A stretch of 64,000 nucleotides of DNA from assembly GCA_902608415.1 (NCBI GenBank), contig CACLNZ010000001.1, positions 17,768-81,767 of the forward strand, in the 5' to 3' direction. The first letter of the stretch is position 1; every line of letters begins with the position of its first letter. The notes under the pieces were generated by a model. It saw only the letters and a list, made by a program, of their open reading frames with translations. It had not been told where the DNA came from and ran no database searches. The DNA comes from an uncultured PS1 clade bacterium. Its GTDB lineage: Bacteria > Pseudomonadota > Alphaproteobacteria > MED-G09. Both the position numbers and the translations under genes were made by a program. Positions 43,893 through 55,036 of the stretch are shown here, one piece after another.

Positions 43893-44636
43893 TTGAACAT
43901 GGAAAAAAAAACAAAAAATGAAAAAATTAGAATTGCAAAATTAATTTCTAATTCAGGTTTATCTTCTAGAAGAGAAGCAGAAAAGCTTATATTAGAAAAG
44001 CGAGTTGCTTTGTATGGAGAAGTAATTGATTCACCAGCTTTAAATGTAGATAGAAATGCAATAGTAACTGTGGATGGCGAGGTTGTTGATACAAGGTTAA
44101 AAACTAGTGTCTGGATATTTAATAAACCAAAAAGATGTCTTGTTACAAAGAGTGACCCGAAAGGAAGAGATACTATCTATAGATTTTTACCTAAAGAATT
44201 AAAAAATACAATGAGTGTTGGTCGTTTAGATTATAATAGCGAAGGCTTGTTAATTCTTACTAATAATGGAGACTTATCAAGATACCTTGAACTACCTAAG
44301 AATAACTTCAAGAGAACTTATAAGGTTCGGGTGTTTGGAAAAGTAGATGAAAAAAGACTAAAAAATCTATCAGAGGGGATTTCCATTAAAGGAGAAAAAT
44401 ATAAACCAATAGATGCCATGATTGAAAAAAGACAAAATTCAAATTCATGGTTAAAGTTTTCTTTATATGAAGGAAAAAATAGAGAAATCAGAAAAATATG
44501 TAACCATATGAATCTTGAGGTAAATAGATTGATAAGATATTCATATGGGCCTTTTAGCTTAGGAAATTTAGCTAACTGTGGAGTGAAAGAAATTTCAAAA
44601 ATATTTTTGAAAAGAAATTTTGCTAATTTTTTCTAA
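43893..44636 (+). CDS. rluB: pseudouridine synthase, RsuA/RluB family (S4 domain + catalytic domain)
   Basis: N-terminal S4 domain (RIAKLISNSGLSSRREAEKLI) and the catalytic GRLDYNSEGLL motif. Confidence 0.8.
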   Translation: MNMEKKTKNEKIRIAKLISNSGLSSRREAEKLILEKRVALYGEVIDSPALNVDRNAIVTVDGEVVDTRLKTSVWIFNKPKRCLVTKSDPKGRDTIYRFLPKELKNTMSVGRLDYNSEGLLILTNNGDLSRYLELPKNNFKRTYKVRVFGKVDEKRLKNLSEGISIKGEKYKPIDAMIEKRQNSNSWLKFSLYEGKNREIRKICNHMNLEVNRLIRYSYGPFSLGNLANCGVKEISKIFLKRNFANFF

Positions 44637-44650
44637 TCAATGAGGAAAGA

Positions 44651-45220
44651 ATGAGAATTATCTCAGGTAAGTATGCTAGAAGAAAAATAATTACTCCTAA
44701 AGGTAATGAAACGAGACCTACAACGGATAGATTTAAGGAAACCTTATTTAATATTATTGAAAATAGCCTTAAAATAAATCTTAAGAAAAAAAATGTTTTA
44801 GATCTTTTTGCTGGTTCAGGATCTCTAGGCTTAGAAGCTATTTCCCGAGGAGCTAAAAATTGTACCTTTATTGATAAATCAATAAAAGCCGTTGAAGCTA
44901 TAGAAGAAAATATCTCATTTCTTGAATTAAGCCCTTGCTGTGATTGTTATAAACTTGATGTAAATAAAATAAGAAAATTTACAAATGACCCGAATAAGAA
45001 AATTGATATAATTTTTTCTGATCCCCCTTATTCAAAAACAGATATTAATGAAATTGCAATTAATAATTTGATTAAAAAAAATTGGATGAAAGATAGTGCT
45101 TATATTTTTCTTGAAACTTCTAGTCGTGTACCTATTTCAAGCATAAGTGGCTTTGAGGTATTAGAAAAAAGAAAAATTGGAGATAGTTTATTAACAATTT
45201 ATTTATCTTCAAGCTATTGA
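44651..45220 (+). CDS. rsmD: 16S rRNA (guanine966-N2)-methyltransferase RsmD
   Basis: DLFAGSGSLGLEA SAM motif and DPPY catalytic motif. 189 aa. Confidence 0.8.
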   Translation: MRIISGKYARRKIITPKGNETRPTTDRFKETLFNIIENSLKINLKKKNVLDLFAGSGSLGLEAISRGAKNCTFIDKSIKAVEAIEENISFLELSPCCDCYKLDVNKIRKFTNDPNKKIDIIFSDPPYSKTDINEIAINNLIKKNWMKDSAYIFLETSSRVPISSISGFEVLEKRKIGDSLLTIYLSSSY

Positions 45221-45267
45221 ACCATTGAAAAAAATCAATAATATTAAATAAAATTAGGGAGATTATT

Positions 45268-46896
45268 ATGAGAGGATTAATGCAGGAATGGCCTTTGCTT
45301 GTTCATACTTTTATTGATCATGCAAAAATCCATCATGGGGAAAGAGAAATTGTTACTAGGAAAGTTGAGGGTGATATTCATTCAACAACTTATTCTGAAA
45401 TTCATTCCAGATCTAAAAAATTTGCTAAAGCTTTGAAAGAATTAGGAGTTAGTAAAGGCGATGTAGTCGGAACTTTGGCTTGGAATACGCACAGACATCT
45501 TGAATCATGGTATGGAATTACTGGTTTAGGTGCAATTTATCACACATTAAATCCTCGTCTTTTCGTTGAACAGCTTGATTATATTATTAATCATGCGGAA
45601 AATAAATTTATAATTTCGGATATAAGTTTTGTAGAAATTCTAGAAAGCATTCAGGATAAAATTCCTAATGTTCAGGGTTTCATTTTTCTATGTGAAAAAT
45701 CAGATCTACCTGATAGCAAGTTAAAGAATGTTTACTCATACGAAGAACTTGTGAATTCGCAAGATGATAATTTTGATTGGGTCAAGTTGGAAGAAGATGA
45801 TGCATGTGGGTTATGTTATACCTCCGGAACAACTGGAAACCCTAAAGGAGTTTTGTATTCCCATAGATCAAATGTTCTGCATACATTAGTTGCTAATTCT
45901 GCAGATGCAATGGGTATAAAATCGACTGATGTAGTAATGCCAGTTGTCCCAATGTTTCATGCAAATGCTTGGGGTTTATCTTTTTCAGCTCCGATGTCAG
46001 GTTGTAAGGTTGTCATGCCAGGAATGAATATGGATGGAGAAAGTATTTATGAATTACTAAATGAGCATAAAGTAACTTTTACTGCAGCAGTACCAACAGT
46101 ATGGTTGATGCTTCTTCAATATCTTGAGGAAAATGACCTTAAGCTTCCTTATCTTGAAAGAGTTGCGATTGGTGGTTCAGCTGTTCCAAGAGTAATGCTA
46201 GAAAAATTTGAAAAAAATTATGATGTGTCCGTTATGCATGCTTGGGGTATGACAGAGATGTCTCCATTAGGAACAATAGGTGCTTTTAAAAGTGGAATGG
46301 AAGAATTAAACTTTGATCAGCAGATGGATATAAAATTAAAGCAAGGCAGAGCATCATATATGGTCGAAATGAAAATTACTGATGATGATGGCAATGATTT
46401 ACCTTGGAATGGAAAAGATTTTGGACATCTATTAGTAAGAGGGCCTTTTATAGCAAGCAAATATATGAAAGGTGATGGCGGACAAATACTCGATAACCAA
46501 GGCTTTTTTGATACTGGTGATGTAGCTACAATTGATGAACTGGGTTTCATGCAAATTACCGATAGATCTAAAGATGTTATTAAATCAGGTGGTGAATGGA
46601 TATCCTCAATTGAGTTAGAGAATATTGCTGTGGGACATCCAGATATTGCTGAAGCGGCAGTAATTGGAATTTTTCATCCGAAATGGGATGAAAGACCCTT
46701 ACTAATTTGTGTTCCTGCTGAGGGAAAAGATCCAAATAAAGATAATGTTTTAGAATATTTACAAGATAAACTAGCAAAATGGTGGATGCCTGATGATGTG
46801 GTTTTTGTTGATGAAATTCCTCATACAGCAACAGGAAAAATACAAAAACTAACTCTACGCGAACAATTTGCTGATTATAAGTTACCAACTGCTTGA
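45268..46896 (+). CDS. AMP-dependent acyl-CoA synthetase/ligase (medium/long-chain type; DmdB-like family possible)
   Basis: AMP-binding signature [12 protein letters not shown], an A8 hinge region and a C-terminal lysine (TATGKIQK). Confidence 0.85.
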   Translation: MRGLMQEWPLLVHTFIDHAKIHHGEREIVTRKVEGDIHSTTYSEIHSRSKKFAKALKELGVSKGDVVGTLAWNTHRHLESWYGITGLGAIYHTLNPRLFVEQLDYIINHAENKFIISDISFVEILESIQDKIPNVQGFIFLCEKSDLPDSKLKNVYSYEELVNSQDDNFDWVKLEEDDACGLCYTSGTTGNPKGVLYSHRSNVLHTLVANSADAMGIKSTDVVMPVVPMFHANAWGLSFSAPMSGCKVVMPGMNMDGESIYELLNEHKVTFTAAVPTVWLMLLQYLEENDLKLPYLERVAIGGSAVPRVMLEKFEKNYDVSVMHAWGMTEMSPLGTIGAFKSGMEELNFDQQMDIKLKQGRASYMVEMKITDDDGNDLPWNGKDFGHLLVRGPFIASKYMKGDGGQILDNQGFFDTGDVATIDELGFMQITDRSKDVIKSGGEWISSIELENIAVGHPDIAEAAVIGIFHPKWDERPLLICVPAEGKDPNKDNVLEYLQDKLAKWWMPDDVVFVDEIPHTATGKIQKLTLREQFADYKLPTA

Positions 46897-47840
46897 TTTC
46901 TTGAAGTTGCCCTTTTGATTCTATCGTTGATTGCTCTTCCAATGCCTTTATTTGGTATAGGAGCTATAGCTATTTTTTCGTATTCCTTTTGATATTTTGC
47001 TAAAAAAGAAAAAAGATTTGAAGCAGCTTCTGTTAAATTTCCTTCAAAACTTAAATTTGGAGCATTATAGTTTGGGCCGAAACCGATAAGTAATTCATTT
47101 TTTTCAGCTTTTTTTGCATTTATTCTTAGAGGAACAACTGGAGAGTAATGTTTTGATAGCATTCCTGGAGCAATAATTTTTGCATTTATTTTTTGTTCTA
47201 AATTAATTATTTTTTGTGGGAATTTTTCTTTTAATTCTTCTGTTGAGACTCCACCATGCCTTAATATCTGTATTTCATCATTAGTAATATTAATGATTGT
47301 GCTTTCAAGGCCAATTTTTGTTGAGCCACCATCAAGTATTATTGATAAATTTTTATCGTTTTCAAAATATTCATAAACATGATCCGCTTCAGTAGGGCTA
47401 AGTGAACTAGAAGTATTAGCGCTAGGTGCAGCTATAGGTTTTCCAAAAGATTTAATTAATTTTAAAGCAGTTGTGTTATTAGGAATTCTTACGCCAATTG
47501 TATCTAAATTCGCACTAGCTAATTTACTTATTTTAGATTCTTTCTTTTTTTTTAAAATAATAGTCATAGGGCCTGGCCAAAACAGATCACTTAATTTTTT
47601 AATATCATCATTTATTTCGCAATTGTCTTCTATTTGATCAAAAGATGAGAAATGAATAATTAAAGGATTAAATTCAGGCCTATTTTTAGTTTCAAAAATC
47701 TTAGCTATAGCTAGGTTATTTGTTGCATCTCCACCAAGTCCATAAACGGTTTCAGTTGGAAAAGAAACTAGATTTCCTTCTTTTAGAACTTCAGTTGCAA
47801 GTGTAATACTAGATTTGTTGATATTTTTTATTGTAGTCAT
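46875..47840 (-). CDS. L-threonylcarbamoyladenylate synthase, Sua5 type (YrdC domain + Sua5 C-terminal domain)
   Basis: YrdC-fold N-domain and a Sua5 C-terminal domain. 321 aa. Confidence 0.85.
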   Translation of the reverse strand: MTTIKNINKSSITLATEVLKEGNLVSFPTETVYGLGGDATNNLAIAKIFETKNRPEFNPLIIHFSSFDQIEDNCEINDDIKKLSDLFWPGPMTIILKKKKESKISKLASANLDTIGVRIPNNTTALKLIKSFGKPIAAPSANTSSSLSPTEADHVYEYFENDKNLSIILDGGSTKIGLESTIINITNDEIQILRHGGVSTEELKEKFPQKIINLEQKINAKIIAPGMLSKHYSPVVPLRINAKKAEKNELLIGFGPNYNAPNLSFEGNLTEAASNLFSFLAKYQKEYEKIAIAPIPNKGIGRAINDRIKRATSRNQAVGNL

Positions 47841-47868
47841 TTTTATATTTATATTCTACTTAGTAAAT

Positions 47869-48927
47869 ATGGATAAATTAGTCGAAAAAAATAATAAAGG
47901 CGCCCATAATTTAGTATACCCATTTGATGCTCTTCCACAACCAGGAAGAATGCTAAAGATTGATGATGGTGTTTATTGGGTTAGAATGAGTCTGCCTTTT
48001 GTTTTGAATCATATTAATTTGTGGGTATTAAAAGATAATGATGGATGGGTAGTAGTCGATACGGGTGTTGCTAGCGCAGATATAAAATCTAATTGGCGCA
48101 AATGTTTTTCAGGAGACATGAATGGAGAGGCTGTTAATAAAATTATCGTTACCCATCTTCATCCTGACCATATAGGTCTTGCCGGATGGATGAATAAAAA
48201 ATTTTCTTCACCTTTATATATGTCAAGATCAGACTACTTAATGTGTAGGATGTTAGTGAGTGATACTGGAAGGGAAGCACCAGATGAAGGAAAGTCTCTC
48301 TATAGATCCGCCGGTTTTACAGAAGATGAGCTTGATAAATATTCCGAACGATTTGGTGGCTTTGGAAGTGCTATTTCAAAACTACCAGATAGCTACAATC
48401 GTTTAAAAGATTATGACATCATTAATATTGGTAGTTATGATTGGGAGGTTGTAGTAGGTAGTGGCCATTGCCCGGAGCATATTTGCCTATACAATAAAAA
48501 ATTAAAATTATTTATATCTGGAGATCAGGTACTTCCTAAAATTACTTCTAATGTTAGTGTATTTCCTACTGAACCAAATTCAAACCCTCTTAATGAGTGG
48601 ATAGAAAGCTGTAAATACATTAAATCTAGAGTCAATAATGATGTTTTAGTTCTTCCATCTCATAATGAACCATTTAGAGGTCTTCATGAAAGACTCGATC
48701 ATCTAATCAGTGGACATGAAAAGAGTTTAACAAGGCTTCTGGAGTTTTGTGAAGAACCAAAAAAAGCGGTTGATGTTTTTTCTGTTCTTTTTAAAAGAAA
48801 AATAACTAGTGATGTTTTACTTATGGCTACAGGTGAAAGTATTGCTCATTTAAATTGCTTAATACATAGAGGGCTATTAGGATCAAAACATGATGATGAA
48901 GGAATAATTAGATATTATAAATTATAA
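47869..48927 (+). CDS. MBL-fold metallo-hydrolase
   Basis: HxHxDH motif (THLHPDH) and a downstream His/Asp ligand pattern. Start set to ATG 47869 to avoid the overlap produced by the upstream alternative start. Confidence 0.7.
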   Translation: MDKLVEKNNKGAHNLVYPFDALPQPGRMLKIDDGVYWVRMSLPFVLNHINLWVLKDNDGWVVVDTGVASADIKSNWRKCFSGDMNGEAVNKIIVTHLHPDHIGLAGWMNKKFSSPLYMSRSDYLMCRMLVSDTGREAPDEGKSLYRSAGFTEDELDKYSERFGGFGSAISKLPDSYNRLKDYDIINIGSYDWEVVVGSGHCPEHICLYNKKLKLFISGDQVLPKITSNVSVFPTEPNSNPLNEWIESCKYIKSRVNNDVLVLPSHNEPFRGLHERLDHLISGHEKSLTRLLEFCEEPKKAVDVFSVLFKRKITSDVLLMATGESIAHLNCLIHRGLLGSKHDDEGIIRYYKL

Positions 48928-48933
48928 TTTACG

Positions 48934-49185
48934 GTGATTTTTATGAATAAAAAGAACGACATAAAAGAATTAACTTTTGAACAAGCCCTGTCTGAGTTAG
49001 AGGAAATAGTAGAAAAGCTTGAACAAGGTGATATTGACCTCGAGGACTCAATTGACATTTATGAGAGAGGAACCTTGCTAAAAGCTCATTGTGAAGAAAA
49101 ACTAAAATCTGCAAAATTAAAAGTTGATAAGATAATAGCTCAACCAGATGGTGATTTTACTTCTGAGCCATATGAAGATAAATAA
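48934..49185 (+). CDS. xseB: exodeoxyribonuclease VII small subunit
   Basis: About 80 aa helical protein with FEQALSELEEIVEKLE...L(E/D)S..(I/L)YERG. Confidence 0.8.
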   Translation: MIFMNKKNDIKELTFEQALSELEEIVEKLEQGDIDLEDSIDIYERGTLLKAHCEEKLKSAKLKVDKIIAQPDGDFTSEPYEDK

Positions 49186-49190
49186 TTCAA

Positions 49191-50078
49191 ATGAGTCAAT
49201 TTTTAGATCATTTAAAACCATTTGCCACAGAACTAGATGGTTTTCTTAAAGATTTATTGGATAAAAAACTAAATATTGATAACGAACTTAAAGATTCAAT
49301 TATTTATTCTTCAATTGGCTCTGGAAAAAGGATTAGAGGGTATCTTTCATGTGAGATTGCAGATTTTTTTCATGCCGACAAATCTGATGCACTTAAATTA
49401 GCGTCAGCAATTGAATTAATCCATACTTATTCTTTAATTCATGATGATTTACCAGCCTTAGATAATGATGATTATAGAAGAAATAAACCATCTAATCATA
49501 AGCAATTTAGTGAATCTACAGCTATTCTATCAGGTGATGCACTCCAATCTTTAGCTTTTGAAATTTTATCAGATAAAATGGAGATAATTGATGCAAATAA
49601 ACAATTAAAACTTATTAACCATCTTTCAAATAATATAGGCCCTAATGGTATGATTGGTGGTCAGATTATTGATCTAAATTCGAAAGAAAATCAATTATCC
49701 ATTGATGAAGTTAATGTTATGCATAATCTTAAAACAGCAAATTTATTTAGTTTTTCATGCCAATCTGGAGCAATTATAGGTAATGCTAATGATAAAGAAG
49801 TAGATGCTTTTGAAAATTATGGAAGGAATTTTGGGATTGTATTTCAAATAATTGATGATGTGTTAGATAAAATAGGTGATCCTGAAAATATTGGAAAAAC
49901 TTTAGGTAAAGATGAAATTAATCAAAACAAAACATATTTAAATTTTTATAGTATTGAAGAATGTTTCGAGATTGCAGGAAAATATAGCGAAAAAGCAATT
50001 AATTCATTAAATATATTTGACCAATTGCCAGAAGTTTTTATAAATGCACTTGATTTTATAAAATCAAGAAAGTTTTAG
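49191..50078 (+). CDS. ispA: farnesyl diphosphate synthase (short-chain trans-prenyltransferase)
   Basis: FARM IHDDLPALDNDDYRR and SARM FQIIDDVLD motifs. Follows xseB and precedes dxs, the classic xseB-ispA-dxs order. Confidence 0.9.
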   Translation: MSQFLDHLKPFATELDGFLKDLLDKKLNIDNELKDSIIYSSIGSGKRIRGYLSCEIADFFHADKSDALKLASAIELIHTYSLIHDDLPALDNDDYRRNKPSNHKQFSESTAILSGDALQSLAFEILSDKMEIIDANKQLKLINHLSNNIGPNGMIGGQIIDLNSKENQLSIDEVNVMHNLKTANLFSFSCQSGAIIGNANDKEVDAFENYGRNFGIVFQIIDDVLDKIGDPENIGKTLGKDEINQNKTYLNFYSIEECFEIAGKYSEKAINSLNIFDQLPEVFINALDFIKSRKF

Positions 50079-50081
50079 TTA

Positions 50082-52001
50082 ATGAATAAAATAGAAATTA
50101 AATATCTCGACAAAATTAAGTCACCTAAAGATTTAGATGATTTAAATGACGAACAACTTAAAGAGCTTGCAAAAGAGTTGAGGTATGATGTTATTGAAAC
50201 GGTTTCAAAGACAGGTGGTCATTTAGGCGCAAGCCTTGGAGTAATCGAACTTACTGTTGCTCTTCATAAAATATTTGACTCACCCAAAGATAAGATAATT
50301 TGGGATGTTGGCCATCAGAGCTATCCACATAAAATATTGACCGGTAGAAGAGATCAAATGTCAACTTTGAGAAAAAAAGATGGCCTATCAGGTTTTACAA
50401 AAAGGGATGAAAGTAAATATGACCATTTTGGAGCTGGGCATAGCTCTACTGCAGCTTCTGCTGGACTTGGAATGTCAATTGGAAGAGATTTAAAAAATAA
50501 AGATAATCATGTTGTTTGCGTTGTTGGTGATGGAGCTATGAGTGCTGGTCAGGCATATGAAGCATTAAATAATGCCGGTGCAGAAAAATCAAAATTAATA
50601 GTAATTTTAAATGATAATGATATGTCAATTGCCCCTCCTGCAGGCGCAATGAGTGCTTACTTAGCAAAACTAATATCAGGTGGAACATATCTTGGTTTAA
50701 GAAATTTTGCCAAACAAGTCATAGAAAAGCTACCTAAATCACTTGAAAAAGGAGCGAAAAAAGCTGAAGAAATTACTAGATTGATTGCAGGCAACGGAAC
50801 TCTTTTTGAAGCTTTAGGTTTTTATTATGTTGGACCTATAGATGGACATAATTTGGATCATTTGCTTCCTGTTATTAGAAATGTAAAAAATGCAGATAAT
50901 GGTCCAGTAATAATTCATGCTGTTACTCAGAAAGGTAAGGGTTATAAACCAGCAGAAGACTCAGATGAAAAATTTCATGGAGTTACTAAATTTAATATTA
51001 CCACTGGAGAGCAAGAAAAGCCAAAGAAAACAAATGTTTCTTATACTAAAGTTTATTCTAATTCCTTAATTAAATGTGCTGAAAATGACAAAGATATTGT
51101 TGCTGTGACAGCGGCAATGCCATCAGGAACGGGACTTGATAAATTTAAAGAAATTTATCCAAAAAGGTTTTTTGATGTAGGTATCGCAGAACAACATGCA
51201 GTAACATTTTCGGCTGGACTTGCAATTGAGGGACTTAAACCATTTGCTACAATTTATTCAACATTTCTTCAAAGAGCTTATGATCAAATAATCCATGATA
51301 TAGCAATTCAAAATCTACCAGTGAGATTTGCGATCGATAGAGCAGGGTTAGTTGGCGCAGATGGACCTACTCATGCTGGAAGTTTTGATTTGGCATATTT
51401 ATCAATTTTACCAAATTTTGTAGTTATGGCAGCCTCTAATGAGGTTGAGTTAGCAAGAATGGTTAAAACTGCTGCTGAATATAATTTAGGTCCAATATCT
51501 TTTAGATATCCAAGAGGAAATGTTTTCGGGTTAGATATGCCTACAAAAATTGAGTCACTAAAAATTGGAAAAGGGAAAATTATAAAGCAAGGAGAAAAAG
51601 TAGCTCTACTTAACCTTGGAACTCGAATTGAAGAGGTAAAATCTGCATCAGATACATTAGAATCAATGGGCCTCTCTTGTACAATTGCTGATGCAAGATT
51701 TGCTAAACCTTTAGACAAGGACTTAATTAGAGATCTGTCAAAAAATCATGAGCTAATGATCACTATCGAAGAGGGTTCATCTGGCGGTTTTGGTGCTCAC
51801 GTATTAATGTTTTTAGCAGAAGAAGGAATTCTTGATAATGGTTTTAAAATAAGGAATTTATATCTCCCGGATACATTTATTCAGCATGGTGATGTAAATG
51901 ACATGTATGCTCAAGCAGGATTAACATCAGAAAATATTGTTAAATTAGTAATGAAGGCTCTCAATATAAATAATAATGAATTCAAAATTATTAAGTCTTA
52001 A
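50082..52001 (+). CDS. dxs: 1-deoxy-D-xylulose-5-phosphate synthase
   Basis: ThDP-binding GDG...N motif ([20 protein letters not shown]), a transketolase-like Pyr domain and C-terminal domain. 639 aa. Confidence 0.95.
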   Translation: MNKIEIKYLDKIKSPKDLDDLNDEQLKELAKELRYDVIETVSKTGGHLGASLGVIELTVALHKIFDSPKDKIIWDVGHQSYPHKILTGRRDQMSTLRKKDGLSGFTKRDESKYDHFGAGHSSTAASAGLGMSIGRDLKNKDNHVVCVVGDGAMSAGQAYEALNNAGAEKSKLIVILNDNDMSIAPPAGAMSAYLAKLISGGTYLGLRNFAKQVIEKLPKSLEKGAKKAEEITRLIAGNGTLFEALGFYYVGPIDGHNLDHLLPVIRNVKNADNGPVIIHAVTQKGKGYKPAEDSDEKFHGVTKFNITTGEQEKPKKTNVSYTKVYSNSLIKCAENDKDIVAVTAAMPSGTGLDKFKEIYPKRFFDVGIAEQHAVTFSAGLAIEGLKPFATIYSTFLQRAYDQIIHDIAIQNLPVRFAIDRAGLVGADGPTHAGSFDLAYLSILPNFVVMAASNEVELARMVKTAAEYNLGPISFRYPRGNVFGLDMPTKIESLKIGKGKIIKQGEKVALLNLGTRIEEVKSASDTLESMGLSCTIADARFAKPLDKDLIRDLSKNHELMITIEEGSSGGFGAHVLMFLAEEGILDNGFKIRNLYLPDTFIQHGDVNDMYAQAGLTSENIVKLVMKALNINNNEFKIIKS

Positions 52002-53080
52002 CTTCCAATTTGAGCTCGATTTCTTAAGAAATGATCAGCTAAAACACATGCAACCATTGCTTCTCCAACAGGAACAGCTCTAATACCTACACAAGGATCA
52101 TGCCTTCCTTTGGTTGTTATTTCTGTGTCATTCTGTGATTTATCTATTGTCTTTCTCTCTTTTTTTATAGATGAGGTTGGTTTAACAGCAAATCTCACAA
52201 CAATATCTTGTCCTGAAGATATTCCCCCAAGAATTCCTCCTGAATTATTAGAAAGAAAAACAGGCTTATCATTTTTCATTCTCATTTCATCGCCATTTTC
52301 ACTACCTTTTAGGTTTACTGCTTCAAAGCCATTTCCAATTTCAACGCCTTTAACTGCATTTATACTCATTATTGCTGATCCTATGTCTGAGTCTAATTTC
52401 CCATAAATTGGAGCACCCAATCCAACTGGAACATTTTTAGCTATAATTTCAATAACTGCACCACAACTATCTCCTTCAGCTACAAGTGAATTAATTTTAT
52501 CTTCCCAGCCTTTAATTGAACCTTTATCTGGACACCAAAAAGGATTTTCATCAATAAAATCATTATCCCATTTTGATCTATCAATTTTTAAGTCACCTAA
52601 TTGAACAAGCGCTCCTTTAATTTCAATTTTAGGAATAATCTTTCTTGCTATAGCGCCGGCAGCAACCCTCATAGCAGTTTCACGAGCAGATTGACGACCA
52701 CCCCCTCTAGAATCTCTAATTCCATATTTACTTAAATAAGTATAATCTGCATGACCCGGTCTAAATTTTTCTTTTGTATCGTCATAGTCACCAGATTTTT
52801 GATCTTTATTATAGATTACCATTGAGATAGGAGTACCAGTAGTATATTGAATCTTTTCTTCCGTATATATCCCTGAAAGTATTTCAACTGTATCAGGTTC
52901 ATTTCGTGGGCTTGTGTATTGGTTCTGCCCAGGTCTTCTTTTATCCAACCAAAACTGAATATCTTTTTCCGTTAATTCAATCATTGGAGGCGTACCATCA
53001 ACTACACATCCTATAGCTTTACCATGGGATTCACCCCATGTAGTAAATTTAAAAATATGACCAAATGAATTATGAGACAT
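51998..53080 (-). CDS. aroC: chorismate synthase
   Basis: Conserved AroC blocks (GESHG, RPGHAD, GRSSARETA). 360 aa. Its 3' end overlaps dxs by 4 nt (convergent). Confidence 0.95.
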   Translation of the reverse strand: MSHNSFGHIFKFTTWGESHGKAIGCVVDGTPPMIELTEKDIQFWLDKRRPGQNQYTSPRNEPDTVEILSGIYTEEKIQYTTGTPISMVIYNKDQKSGDYDDTKEKFRPGHADYTYLSKYGIRDSRGGGRQSARETAMRVAAGAIARKIIPKIEIKGALVQLGDLKIDRSKWDNDFIDENPFWCPDKGSIKGWEDKINSLVAEGDSCGAVIEIIAKNVPVGLGAPIYGKLDSDIGSAIMSINAVKGVEIGNGFEAVNLKGSENGDEMRMKNDKPVFLSNNSGGILGGISSGQDIVVRFAVKPTSSIKKERKTIDKSQNDTEITTKGRHDPCVGIRAVPVGEAMVACVLADHFLRNRAQIGS

Positions 53081-53082
53081 AA

Positions 53083-53901
53083 TTAATCCTCTATAACACT
53101 TATATCTGGGGCTTCTTCGTCTTTCATGCCAATTATATTATAACCTGAGTCTACATGATGCACTTCACCAGTAACTCCTGAAGATAAATCGCTTATTAAA
53201 TAAACAGCAGATCCACCAACTTCATCAATAGAAACATTTCTTTTGAGAGGGGAGTTATATTCATTCCACTTCAAAATATATCTAAAATCTCCAATTCCTG
53301 ATGCAGCAAGAGTTTTAATTGGTCCTGCCGATATTGCATTTACCCTTATATTCTTTTTTCCTAAATCTTTAGCTAAATACCTAACGCTAGTTTCTAGAGC
53401 TGATTTTGCAACACCCATAACATTATAGTGAGGCATAACTTTTTCTGAACCGTAATAAGTTAATGTAAGAATTGATCCGCCATTATTCATAAGTTTTTCA
53501 GCCTTTTGTGAAACAGATGTAAAAGAGTAACAAGAAATATTCATGGTGTTGATAAAGTTTTCTTGAGTTGTTTCTATATATCTGCCTTTTAGTTCATCCT
53601 TATCCGAAAAAGCAACTGCGTGAACTAGAAAATCTATTGATTCAAATTTTTCACCGATCTTTTCAAACATTTCATCAATACTTTTTGAATTAGTCACATC
53701 ACATTCTACTACTAATGCGGAATTCAATTCCTCTGATAAAGGAAGAACTCTTTTTTTGATGGCTTCACCTTGATAACTTAGAGCTATTTCTGCTCCATGT
53801 TCACAGCATGCTTTTGCAATTCCCCAAGCTATTGAGCGATTATTTGCAACACCCATAACAAGTCCGCGTTTTCCTTTAAGTAAATTTGTTTTATTTTTCA
53901 T
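53083..53901 (-). CDS. fabI: enoyl-[ACP] reductase FabI
   Basis: FabI-type SDR with Y-x6-K ([12 protein letters not shown]) and glycine-rich [14 protein letters not shown]. Confidence 0.9.
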   Translation of the reverse strand: MKNKTNLLKGKRGLVMGVANNRSIAWGIAKACCEHGAEIALSYQGEAIKKRVLPLSEELNSALVVECDVTNSKSIDEMFEKIGEKFESIDFLVHAVAFSDKDELKGRYIETTQENFINTMNISCYSFTSVSQKAEKLMNNGGSILTLTYYGSEKVMPHYNVMGVAKSALETSVRYLAKDLGKKNIRVNAISAGPIKTLAASGIGDFRYILKWNEYNSPLKRNVSIDEVGGSAVYLISDLSSGVTGEVHHVDSGYNIIGMKDEEAPDISVIED

Positions 53902-53993
53902 ATTTAGTCATATTAGTTTGTTTTTATTTGATTATTTTTATAAGTATAAAATAAAGAAATATAGATTAACATTCGATTTGTATAACCTGATTT

Positions 53994-54626
53994 ATGATTT
54001 CTTTTAAGGAAAAAATAAATATGAGCTTAATAAAAAATAACATTAAAATTGAACAAAACCCTTTTGATCTATTGGAACAGTGGTACAAAAGAGCTAAGAA
54101 AAATGAAATAAGCAATCCTAATGCTATGGCTCTATCTACTGTTGGTCCATTTAATAAACCAAGAACAAGAATGGTTTTAATGAAAGAAATAAGAGAAAAT
54201 GGTATTATTTTTTATACAAATTCTAATAGTAGAAAAGGTAATCATATAAATGATAATAAAAATGTCTCTATAAATTTCTATTGGAAATCAATAGAAAGAC
54301 AAGTTCTCATAAGTGGTAAAATAAAAAAAATTATTTCACAAGAAAGTGATGAATATTTTCTGTCAAGAAATAGAAAATCAAAAATTGGTGCATGGATATC
54401 AAAACAATCACAAACACTAAAAAGTAAATCTGAATTAAAAACTAAATTTGATGAGATAGATAAGAAATATAAAGGTAAAGAAATTCCAAGACCAAAACAC
54501 TGGAATGGATATTGCGTTTATCCAGATAGTTTTGAGTTTTGGCTACAAGGAGAAGACAGGCTTCATGATAGAGTTGAATATAAAATCAAATCCGGTCAAT
54601 GGATAACTAAGCTTCTATATCCTTAA
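53994..54626 (+). CDS. pdxH: pyridoxamine 5'-phosphate oxidase
   Basis: FMN-binding split-barrel blocks and a C-terminal RLHDR..Y motif. The start is possibly the internal ATG at 54021. Confidence 0.85.
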   Translation: MISFKEKINMSLIKNNIKIEQNPFDLLEQWYKRAKKNEISNPNAMALSTVGPFNKPRTRMVLMKEIRENGIIFYTNSNSRKGNHINDNKNVSINFYWKSIERQVLISGKIKKIISQESDEYFLSRNRKSKIGAWISKQSQTLKSKSELKTKFDEIDKKYKGKEIPRPKHWNGYCVYPDSFEFWLQGEDRLHDRVEYKIKSGQWITKLLYP

Positions 54627-54978
54627 TTAACTTTATTGATATGTGGTTTCTATAATGAGCTAACAATAATAATGAAGCGCCAAATAAAGTAGAATATATT
54701 TCAGGATATCCTTCTAAAAAAAGTGCAAAGAAGAGCAATAAAACTCCAAATGATGATATAATTAGAGCTAATAATTTTCTATCTCTGATGTAATTTTTGG
54801 GAAATACGATTAAATAAACCACAAAGACCATGATAAATAAAAAAATATGTATAATTTTTGAATTTTCAATAAAAATTGCTAATGAATTTAGGCTTGTTAC
54901 TATTGCTAAAAAAGGTAAAGCGCAATGTATTATGCATATAATTGAGAGTGTTATGCCTATTAAATTATTATTATTCAT
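54607..54978 (-). CDS. small integral membrane protein (3-4 TM) with CxxxC in first helix; function unknown
   Basis: Strongly hydrophobic 123 aa ORF with an IICIIHCALP motif. Its 3' end overlaps pdxH by 20 nt. Confidence 0.4.
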   Translation of the reverse strand: MNNNNLIGITLSIICIIHCALPFLAIVTSLNSLAIFIENSKIIHIFLFIMVFVVYLIVFPKNYIRDRKLLALIISSFGVLLLFFALFLEGYPEIYSTLFGASLLLLAHYRNHISIKLIKDIEA

Positions 54979-55036
54979 ATAGATTTCCCTCAGAAAACTT
55001 GTAAACTCTATAGGATTATATTACTAGGAAAATATT

